Positions 10,697 through 22,300 of a stretch of DNA of 64,000 nt are shown in pieces. The notes under the pieces are model-generated. The model made no database searches and was not told the origin of the DNA. It saw only the letters and a list, made by a program, of their open reading frames with translations. This stretch comes from Lingula anatina (Eukaryota > Animalia > Brachiopoda). The position numbers and the translations under genes are program-made. The DNA lies in assembly GCA_051362555.1 (NCBI GenBank), contig CM120640.1:4960001-5024000 (forward strand), given 5' to 3'. Position 1 is the first letter of the stretch. The number at the start of each line of letters is the position of its first letter.

Positions 10697-10962
10697 GCCT
10701 TGGTTCCCATACCTAAATCAATTTAACAGGATCGAGCCATCTCCGAGGGGTTTCTCGCTAAATTGCTTTCAGCTTAAGCGGCTTAGATGTCTGGCACGCC
10801 TACTATACTGAAGCTGCTAAACGATAATTAAGTACCCCCTAGCAGCTTCAGTAGGCGTGACAGGCATCTAATTAAGCCGCTTAAGTTGATTGCAATTTAG
10901 TGAGAAACCCCTCGGAGATAGACCGATCCACATTTAGTACGATAGGGTCAGGGAATGGTTCC
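10697..10962. mobile_element. Palindromic MITE, Harbinger/PIF-like family, copy 2
   Basis: Fold-back arms, e.g. ATCTCCGAGGGGTTTCTCGCTAAATTGC vs GCAATTTAGTGAGAAACCCCTCGGAGAT; ends GGTTCCCA / GGGAATGGTTCC. Confidence 0.8.
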
Positions 10963-11352
10963 ACAGAGAACCCCCTGGTCAGGCTGGTGGAGGATAACGT
11001 AATCCAAAATCAACTTTAAAGCACGGGCAGACATGCTCGTCTTTCGGTGCCAGTAGGCATACTGGACTGGGTACTACTCTGTTTGTCAAATGTATTTTGA
11101 GTTTTCTCCACTTTACCATTAGCATACTAATCAAGCGTAGACTGTGTACTAGTGTATTCCACCACCTTTAATTAATAAGCCACACGGTGGGATTCACTCA
11201 TTTGATATTGGCCCTGAAGTGACTCGGATCCTCGCAGATTGGTCGTAATCTTTAAACAGTGCAAAAGTATTGACCCAGATATAGAAAGAAATATTAGATA
11301 TGTCAGTCCACTAATGACCGTAAAATAGGTCTTTATTGTCTATCATTTTCTA

Positions 11353-11354
<2 letters not shown>

Positions 11355-11419
<65 letters not shown>
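11355..11419. repeat. (CT)n microsatellite
   Basis: About 31 CT units seen directly. Confidence 0.95.
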
Positions 11420-11421
<2 letters not shown>

Positions 11422-12349
11422 GTGTATTTTTTTCTTTTTTTTCTTTCAAGTCTTTAAGGATATTATTTTAGTATAAGTCTATTTCGATACCTTGAAAATT
11501 CAAACTTGACGTTGATTTTGATCTTTAAAGGTGAAGATGACAAATTGATAGCTTTGTAGTGTAAAGTAGTAGCCTACGTGTAGCTTTTGACCCTTTTGCC
11601 ATGTTCTGCAACTTCGATGTAAACATGTTGTGTTACGTTATTGTGTAAGTTATGTTTGGATATCAGTTCAGATTTTAAATTTTAATGCGCTTTTAAGTGA
11701 ATGTCATAACTGCTGTATCTAAGCATATATATTAAGCCAAGAGTTATAAGAAAAAAAATCCAGAAGAGTATGAAGTTATAAATCTAATCGAAATTCATTT
11801 TATAAAAAAAAAGACGTTTGTCTTAATGGATCCGGAAGACCGGACTTCGTATAGGGGCCCGCAAACTCTAGATTTAGTTTGGTTTTGTATAATTAGTGTA
11901 GGTCTTACTTTAAGGTCTAGGTATAAAGGCCCACAACTTTTAGAGGCATATTTTTCGTAATTCAAGTACAATATTATAACTATCTTGAACTGCCAGACAT
12001 CGTTTGTAATCTCTTGTTTTACTTTCGGGTCGGAATGAAAATAGGAGACGAAGAATTCAGATCCGTGTTCCGCCCGAGTTCTGTATTTCTTTAATTGACG
12101 GAACTTTGACAGTGTCTCCTTGTTCCATGGCTCAGTGTCTTCATAACCCGCCTTCTTTAAAAGTCTTATGAGACCAATTGCGAAATTTTGGCGCGAAAAA
12201 TAAAATATAATGAACAGACTTGTCGAAAACAAACGAATTTTCATGATGTTCAACCAGAAAAATAGGGCTTGTAACGTAAATCTTCATATTTGGTGCCCAT
12301 TTGCACACACCTCCTCAAAAAGGAGCACATTTTAGTAAATACTAAATTA

Positions 12350-12600
12350 GACTGGGTTCCCATGCCTAGATCGATCCATCTGGATCGGTCTAAGTTAACT
12401 CCCTGGGGAGTCTCACTAAATTGCGATCAACTTAACCGGCTAAAATATTTGTCACGCCTACCGAATCAGCTAGGGTTAAGATAATTACCCCCTAACAGCT
12501 TTACTAGGTGTGACAGACATTTAAGCCGGTTAAGTTGATCGCAATTTAGTGAGACTCCCAAGGGAGATAGATCGATCCAAATATCTGTGGGAATGGTCCC
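12350..12600. mobile_element. Palindromic MITE, Harbinger/PIF-like family, copy 3
   Basis: TTA duplicated at 12347-12349 and 12601-12603. Ends GACTGGGTTCCCA / TGGGAATGGTCCC. Near-perfect arms GGGAGTCTCACTAAATTGCGATCAACTTAACCGGCT vs AGCCGGTTAAGTTGATCGCAATTTAGTGAGACTCCC. Confidence 0.85.
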
Positions 12601-15600
12601 TTAAAGCATTTTCACGTGACCTTTACAGACATGAGTTTTTTTTTCAGTGAAAACGCGGAATTTCACGTTTTTTTAATTCAATTCTATGGCGGTCCCCGGA
12701 CCCCCGGCCGGTTAGGTGTTGGGTCCCATGATAAATGTTCAGAGTTTTTTTTTAACCTAGGCTCATGTCTGCTTTTACCATTACGTTTCTTACCATGATT
12801 TATCAACCTTGTGTCATTTATACAAATATGAAAAAAGACACCCGAAGAAAAAAGGTTTTTGGAGGTTCTGTGTGACACAAAAATACTTTGGTTTTCAACT
12901 AAACATGAAATTCCCTTCAGGCTACTTGAAACATTCTACTTAGACGAAAGAAATTGGCACAAAAAAGGATTCGGTGATGAAAGACAAAAAATGTGTCCTG
13001 AAATGTATCCGGACTTCCACAGCTTCAATCGTGATGATTATTACATTTTGAATAAAAATTAGGTGTTATCAAAAGTCGCAAAGTATAAGATATCTTCATT
13101 TATAAAGACTGGTGATTAGATTCATGATCCCCTAATTACTAATCCAGAGGTTTCTCACATTGGATTCTGTCTACCCGAGAATGTGTGTATAGTGGTCAGA
13201 GTGGAGAATAAGGGGACTATATTTTGGAGGGTTGGGAAAATATAGCCCCGGCACCATGCAAAAAGACCAATTTATTACTTTTCTTAAAGAATACAAATGA
13301 TACTCCCTGACGCATTTTTTAATGCCTCAAAAGTAATTACCAAGAGGGGTTGAGTCAAATCTTTCTGCCAAAGGCAATAACAGCTGTTTGTATATAAAGT
13401 TAAATTTCATTTTATTTTATTTTTGTAGATATTAAAATCTAAATTTCGATGCAGTTTTGCGCCATTACTCCACTTTAAATATTTGCTTTTAATTATTCTT
13501 CTTTTACAGTTCTTAATTTTCTATTGTGTAACGTGACGACACTGAAGATGAAATAAGTTGGTGAAAGTAGATGAAAAAAGACGTTACACCAGATCGCCGT
13601 TTAATACAATTTTTTAAATAATATACCACCTAACTACTTTTTTCTGAAGACAACAAAACGGCTTCACAAATGTGAGAGGTGAGATCGGCATTGTGTTTAC
13701 CTTTCCGCCGTTAGATGATAAATAAAGGAATAGACGATTTTAGGGTACCTGATAATTAAAGCAAATCCCTGCCCGCGTTTGCAAGAAGAAACACGTGAGA
13801 ACTTCTCTGCACCTTAATGAGATATTAGTGCCAACTAAAAGCTAGGTAAATGTTTCCCTAATCTAAATTTTCACGTAAGCTCCAACAATTACCCCGACAC
13901 TGCAGCGGGTTGCTTTGCACGCACTTCCTGTAAGTGAGTGGGTCCTTGGATCGCAGATCGTGGAGAGATGTTAAAAAAATCTCACGCGGACTAATCATTT
14001 GCAGAATATAAATATGCACACTACATAGGCCTATACTACACACACACACACACACATACACAATTTATTCTAAAAATTAATCTGTTTAAACGGTGGATGA
14101 CATAAAACAAGGCGGGTCTACAACATCTTCGATAAATGTCAAAAAGATATCAAATTACCCAGTATTTTTCACAAACGTGTTGACAATTCAGTAAGCCTGC
14201 GTCATTTATTAGGTATGCTTTCTTCAAGGACTTCTGAGAAAAAAAGATGCAATTTCTAATCATACTTTTCCGTTTTCCGCGTGTTAACACTATTTCTGAT
14301 AAATCAACAGGACTCCCCGTGCAGTATTGTTCGCATGGGACTGTTGGAGTGGATGGCTTAAGTATTGGTCAGGTGCTTCCGCTGCACGAGTGTCATTTTC
14401 GAGCTCTTGCCAATAATCACCTGGGCAACTTCCACACGAAGCGCCCATTGTCCTCTATCCTCATCAAGACGCTTTTCAAAATTAATTCCTGTTCGGGCCA
14501 CAGCCGCTACCGTGCCAGTAATAATGTGTGTGTTAGATGTCAAACACAACTCATTAGTTTCCCGAGAAAATCGATAATGCACTGTGCCCTGCCACCGTCC
14601 TTCATGAACGAATATTTAACTGCCGCTTAGGACTAGCGGCGTATCAAAATATTAGCAATATGTTTGCAGGGCCCTGGAATTGAATAAATCAACTTGGTCC
14701 TATTGATAGCGATTCCCTATCGTTCTTTGCTATTTTGATATGTTTACGAATCATATTTGCGAATCACGGTCTCGTAATTTGGGACAGATGACACGAAAAG
14801 ATACCCATATCGATAAGAGAAAGATTAATCATATATCTCAAAACACGATTTCCGAGCGCTATTAGAAAATACGTTATTTTAACGAGTGTTTGACTCTTCA
14901 CCCGCAGGTGAATATAATGTGCTCTTGTTGCCTTCATTTGCACGTAATTTGAGTCGTCCAAGTTGAAATATGACTCTGAATACAATATAGACACATCTAA
15001 GGTACAGCGCAGATATCTGTTAGCTAAGTAGATTTCCGTGAATCTCGGGGAGTGAATGGAAGCAAGCTGGGCTTGCATGGCCGACCGGGCGAGGTCGATT
15101 TCCCATGAAAATGGAAATGAGAATCTCTTTCTAATCTAACCCGCATAGTATAATGTCGCTCCGCACTCTTGTGTTCATATTGAATGGAGGCCTTAGTCAG
15201 TCGCAGCAGGGAATCGCACGCGAGTGGCACGCGCAGCCTACCTGAATTACGGTCCTTTTAGACGAAGCTAAGCTCCATGCACCCCTCCATAAAATATTTA
15301 ATCTTGGGAGTCGATCGATTGGTCAATAGTGTCCAGTTAAGGACCAAGAAAGGAGGGATTCCGAAATGGGACATCTGTCTACGGCAGCTGTGATTGGTCG
15401 ATCCAGTTATCAACATTTGTCCGACTTTATATAGTTATCACGATTCTAGGTGGGTATTGTTACTCGCTAATTACAACGTCCGCGCGATGGAAGCTTTGTC
15501 AACTACACCACAGAAAACGGATTGAGGTAATTTTCGAGAAGACTTATATCCACGTATATTAGTCCGCAGCGATTAGTTTCAAGCACTCTCTGCGACAGAC

Positions 15601-15927
15601 ACCTTGATTTTTATCTAGTGGACAATTGTCCAGTGCGAAAACCAAGCGAAAATTAAAAAAAAGAAACGGAGAGACGCAGCTCATAAACGCTGTAAGTCGA
15701 ATGTGAAACCCACACATGCAACTCAGCTCGAGCTTTGCGTGATCTCCGTGACGTCCTGGGATTCTAGTGCATGTCAGGTGGCAGGCTTAGCAGCAGCTTT
15801 AGGCAGGAATCCATTTATCGCTATTGAACTAGAGCGCAGCAACAACAGCAGAAGATTACTTTGATTACTGAGCGAGCGCCAGGAGAGCCCAGTCCCCGCG
15901 CCGTAGCGGAGAGCTCTACTCGTCTAC

Positions 15928-18900
15928 ATGGCCATGGGCGATCACCTGGAAAACAAAGCTGAAATGATGAAGATGTTTCAGAGGTGGGCCTCACAGAATT
16001 ACGGGGATTCAGGGAAAACTAAGACAGTCACCAGAAAAAAGTATGAAAGAATTGTCAGAATCTTAACGGGAGAAGAGCAGCCAAGCTCTGAAAACTCTAA
16101 ATTCCGTTTTTGGGTAAAGGCGAAAGGATTTCAGCTGGGCTCCCGGGAAGAGGGCGCAGAGGATGAAGAGGATAGGGTGCTCCACGTTCCAACCAAAAAT
16201 GTGGTAAGAATATTTGGTCACAAATGAAAATTGTATTTAAATGTTGCGTTTTATTGTGTAAGCCTCAAGTATTATTGACTTTTGACGAATATTTCGCCAC
16301 GTTTTTAAACCGACATTTCACCTCTCAACCCAACTGGTTGAACAGGGTGTTTTTTCACACATATTTCACCTTCCTCCTTTGCTCTGAAAATAAAATCCAA
16401 TTATACAAAAAGGGACGGGTAATATATTTGTCCTGCACACAATGGCGCTCCTAGGTGTTTTGCACGAGTTGGTCTGACAAACCGATCCCAGGTGTGGCTT
16501 GTAAAGGGCTGTGTCGTGATGGATATACGGTTGGCAGGATAAATATTCCCTCACGCTAGAAAGAAAAAACTTCGAAGAGAAAGGCGCATCTATGCCAACA
16601 ATTCTAGCCGGCGCATTTACCCGGCTTATTGGAAGAAACCAAACAAGCGTCTCAGTTTCAACGCACCTGAGCCTTGCTGCGAGATGAGTTAGATCCGGGG
16701 ACATTGCAACAGACTCATCTCTTTCTCTCTTTTTCTGTACTTAGTGCTGTAATAATAGAGTTATCAAATGCCAGCCGGTTGGGCAAATTGAAATTGAGTG
16801 GTTTAGGGCGCGAGATCTATTTTTAAGAAAGAAGGGAACGCACAGCGGTCTGGACAGAGGAGAAAAAACAAGACCTTTGTTTTAGACAAGGGGAAATTGG
16901 AATTTAGACGAAAGAATGATCTGGGGTTGATGCATTGACACAGTGTGCGGCGTTATTGAGTTTTACCAAAGACGGCCAGCCTTCATCGATTCCAGAGACC
17001 TGGCGGGTTTCCGAGAGTCCCATTTCAGGATAATAGACCGCATACACTGCCAACGTTTGTTCATCCGACAAGGCAAATCAACATCATATAGAGCTCTGAG
17101 CTGCGCATGCTTTCACCCCCCTCCCCATGATATAAAGCATCCCATGATTGAATCCTAAAGCCCTCTGAATCACTCGTCTTTTCATGCCCCTATCATAAGC
17201 AAAATTAATGAGATCCATATACCTTGTCGTTTGTTTGAGACGCTAATAAATTGATGACATTTTCTTTCATATTTCATGTTATGTATCTCGGTTCAGTCAT
17301 GGGGGTTTGAATGCGTAGAAAGCAATAGGGAATAATCTATGACATTATCTAGGGAGGTTTTTAAATATACCACCTCAAAATATATAAATAAATAAGTAAA
17401 ACATTTTTGCGTATGTAATAGTTTTTGTAAAAAAACAAAAAAAAAAAAAAAAACAAAACAAATAGAATAGAAAAGTGTATCGTAAAAACAACGCGTCATC
17501 ATAACCGGCATGAAAGGAACTTTTTTGGGGGCTGGGGAGAAGGGTCTATAAGACTTGTACACGCATTGAGCAGAATTAAATTATTTCCCTAGAAAAACCT
17601 CCATGGCTTCTCTCCAAACATGCAGGCGATAAACGACCCTGACAATCAAAGGTGGACTTTATAGTAATAGGGTGTTTTTTTCAGTGTACATTTCATGTTA
17701 TTCTGAAAATGTAATCCCATCCTGTAGTCTCTTGTGTCTCAGTCTCCTAGTAACCGTGGGTATTGGAGAAGATTATGGAGTAATCTCGTCATTAACATAC
17801 GGGACAATTTAAAACCCCAAATAAAAATAATTTAGCTTTTTTTAATATATACCAAAGACTTCGCCGTTAATTGTTTTGTGCCGACTGACTGATTCCTTCC
17901 TTTATATTTTGTTTATTAATGTTGGCAAACAAAGAAATAATATTTATTTGTGCCACAAAACACGACATCACATAATACAAAATCGCAGTCACCGTTAACA
18001 TTTCTCTCAAATTCTGGCAACAGTTTTCCATTCGTTTCTATGTGCTCTAGCTGTCTGTTTTTAATGATTATATGGCCACCAAGCAAAACCACGCTCGGTC
18101 TGTAAAAGGATTTGTGACAATGGTTCTTGGCCTACCGGGGTGTAAGCTAGATTAAATCGAATGGTTTCTCTGAGGCAGTGGGGATTGAAGGAAACAATCC
18201 GATCAGGCGTCACAAAGCAAGGCTTCCCCAAGCCGGATGGTCGGCCACGATTTCATCTCGACATTCAATTTAGAGATATTGGGCATGATGCAGTTTGAGG
18301 TTCAGCGTCACCCTGCTGTCTGCCGGGTTGTTTTACATTAGTGGAGTCTGTCAGTTGAATAAGTCTTTAAAAATGTCACAACTTCTTACAGATGTAGATA
18401 TGTAAAAATCATTCCCACCCACCCAGCCCAGCGGTAGAAGCTTATCCGCGTGTTCATATTTCTCTGGACGACATAGAGTTCCGTAAGACGCTTCATCCCG
18501 CTAGATCGCAAATGACTGTCTAATAATCTTCGGATCATGACAATCTTTCTCATTATGTAGGATATCCAGTGATTAGGTGTCTGTCGCTTACTTGCTTTGC
18601 TGTACGGTTTAGCTCAGTGGTTCAGAACGCACCTTATCATTGCTTTGACCAAGTGAAAACAACACTTGCTGATATAGACATGTGATATATGATATGGATG
18701 AATTAATTTCTTAAAAAGTATATAACTAGAAGTAAAAGTAGAGAAACTCAAAAAGTTAAAATTAGTCGCACTGTAAATGTTCAGGTACATTTATATGTGT
18801 GTGTGTGTACGAGAAAATGTTTAATTAAGTTATATTATTAAAGGTAGAACAACTGACATAGTGAAGTGAAACATTGAACTGTGTTACACGAGGCACATGT

Positions 18901-19351
18901 CATTAACCGATGCCTGATGTTTACTAAAATTAAATATTTAAAGATATGTTTAAAATAACCACATTTATTTCACTTTTTTTTGTCCAGTGGCGTCAAGAAT
19001 GCATAAATAAATAAGTTATTGTCAACACCAGACTATTCCGATTAGCTGTCTGCTGTTTAATAGAAAAAGATATAAAAATGTTCAAAATCGCCCACCTTAA
19101 ACGACATTTATTTCAAAATTTTCACAGTTCACAATTTTTACAGTTTACCTAGTGGTTACATGATGTCCACTGAACAACATAGTTATCAGTTCAATTAGAC
19201 AGTGTGCCTGTCAAAATAAGAACAAAGATTGTTAAAAGTTTTACAGTGTTAGCTACTTTTCAAAATAATTTTGCATTATATGTCACATCTTTTAACGTAT
19301 TTTCGAAAGACAGTGTTTTTAAACCAGATAAACCAAATATTAGGGCAACCA

Positions 19352-19397
<46 letters not shown>

Positions 19398-22300
19398 AAA
19401 TGTCATTTCGGAAGTAAATTTGTGGTGAAAACGTAAACGATTTTCTTCAAGCGTGCAGTGCAGCAAACTTTTAGGAAATAACCTTATTTAGAAAGCAAAT
19501 GGTTAAATTATTCTTCCAGAATACGTGTTATTTCAATTTCAAAATGACATATTGCTTTGCATGCATGTACAACTGAATTTTGTGGAAATAAAGGATGAGT
19601 TGCATGTTGGATAAGTTTGGAATTGGAGCGCAGTCGGACTAATGTTGTGCGCCAGTGTACATATATCAATCTCAACCCGTTTCCCCGGATAAGCAAAATT
19701 CCCTTTTGTTCGACTACCTGGATATGACTCTGAGGTAGCCGGACTAATCTACCAGTCTCGTGAACATGTTGTCTAGGTGATATTACAATAGCATATGATT
19801 AAGAAGCGCACTTGCGGTCCGATCATTATTCGGTGTAATCGGGCCAATAAAAACCATGCTACTCCTAATGTAACTGCGATGTTGTAGTTATTGTTGAAGT
19901 CAGTTCATTTTTTTAGTGGTACTTATCTTATTTTCAAGTTTTGTTGCTGTCATTTTTATGATATGAGAGAGAGAGAGAGAGAGAGAGGTAGAGAGATTTT
20001 TAATGACAAAAATTTATCAGGATCATTATCATTATCAACCATCTAATATTATTTAGTTGGATATGCCTTCCTGTTTGCCATATGACATACATTGTTTAGG
20101 GACAATCTCTGAGGTAACCGTGAAAAAGGAGTTCCGTCACATTAACATAACCAGAAAAACGCCGCCATTACCCAGTCGGTTGGTTCTTCGCTCGGGACTT
20201 AATTATCTGCGACAATTATTGGTTGTCATACTGAAAACTGATATGGAACCTGTGCCGTGTGGCTTCATTTCCTGACCTATAGCGCTCTAGCAAAATATCC
20301 TGATCGGCGTGAGACATTTATAAAACTGTCACATGAGACGTTCCTCAGTACGGTAGACTTATTTCCCGTTCTACATGTCTCCAATGTTACTAATGCGAAG
20401 GACTTAGTTTCTCAGGCCCATGATCTAGTGGGACCTATGGATTGTATTGTGTAGCTGCAAATATATATGTACTATCATATTCCTCTGCCATTTACCAGGA
20501 TTCCACTTCAGCACGCAATCATAGGTGCATCAATATATTGAGTAGCGAACAGCAGACAGTTTTTTTCGTTCTTTTTTTGTCTTTTTATTTTTTAATCATC
20601 ACGCGCCTGCGCACGTGCGCACAGCCGCGCTCGCTACGTAACCTCTTGGTGACTCTGTCTCCTCATCATACTAGTGACAGAATCATCCTAAATGGCTTGC
20701 CAAAACCACAAGAAACTAATAACTTTTTCAACTGAACATGATACGACAAACGTTTCTCATATCTATAACGGCCAAACTAATTGTTTTTGATAGCTACATT
20801 TTATTACGCTTTTTACTGAAGGAGAATATTTATTATCATTATACTATTATTTACCAATGAGCCAACCATTTTTTTCAAAATTTGCTACAGGTTTGCATTG
20901 CGAAGGGGGGGGGGGGGGGGGGAAGAGAGGGGGTGGCGATCTTTATGTGATGAAAACGTCACTTTTCCCCCTTGAGTAAGATCGCTTTGTGCCTGGAAAC
21001 ATCTCCTGTCATGACAAATTCAAGCAGCCGAGAATAAACTTTTGCTTTTACTTTCAGCACCACAAACCTTTTCCAACGAAATATAGTTATATTGATGATG
21101 AATTTTGTGGCTCTCTATGCGAAAGATGACTATGCACTACTGCCACAAGCGCAAAGGCAGAAGCTTTTAACATCACGCACCAGAGAACATGGAAACTGGC
21201 GAAAAAGCACAGACCCCAAAACCAACATTATATAAATCCAAATTTCACATTTTGTTGTTCTCAGTATCAGCAAAGATTCCGTGGTATAATTTTTTTCTGG
21301 TTTTTCATTTCAGACAAGCAGTGGCGTGCCAGACGGAGACAAGGAGTACCGTCGTGTGGCCGTGGTAGAAGATTTCTTTGATATCATTTATAATATTCAT
21401 GTGGACATGGAAGGCAGAGGTGGAAAGCATGCGGGGCAGAAGAGAACGTACAGAGCGGTAAGGCAGCCTCTTGCAGACCCGCAGCCAGCAATTTCAAAGT
21501 TTAAGAGGTTTCTTTTTCTTGATTAAATAAGTCTACCTTTTTCATCCCCTTAGTTGGTTCAATTTGGGAAAATAATTTTAATTCAAAATGAATAATTTTT
21601 ACCCAAAATGATGGAACTTTCAAATCCCCGAACTCCGTGCCTATGGGCCTGTCTCATAAATCTTCTAAGTCGTCTGCTAAAAGTTTGGAAAGGTTCAAAA
21701 CAGGTCCTGACGGAATCCGCGAACGGCTCCACTGAAAATGACCACATAGCTCTTGTTAATCTAAAAAAATCGAATTAAGTTGCATCACGAAGGGTGACAA
21801 CATAAATTCCACCTTTTCCCCAGATTCTATTATTTTCAGAAGAAAACTGACTTTTGGTTAAAATATTCTTGATAAAAATTACCGACATTACAGATCACGT
21901 CACCCAACTTTCATTTATCTACAAACTTCTTCCACTGTTTTTGTCCACTCTGCGAGTCATTTTAAATTTTTCGTCTTATGTGTTATTCTTTGTTAGAATA
22001 CTCAGAAAGAATGTAGTTTTAAATCTTTCTGCGACACACTGATTTTTACTGCAGCATTTTGATTTTGCACTGAAAATTGGCGTTTAAAAACATTTAGGTA
22101 TTTTGAAATAAGTGAATAAATATCATATCCTGGCTATTTTTTAAAAAAGATAGAGAATACGAACATTAAAATACAGGAATACTTCAGACAGCAAGGTATT
22201 TCAGCAGAAAAAATTGAAAGACACATTGAGCCGTTATTGATAGTTGGCGTTTAAAACGTTACATCCCCAGTAAAGTATTACTTGTGTATGAAGATAGGAG

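Noticed and set aside
19705-19780. let-7-like seed TGAGGTAG in a weak hairpin
   Set aside because: The sequence continues CCGG rather than TAGGTTG, and the stem is too poor for a pre-miRNA.
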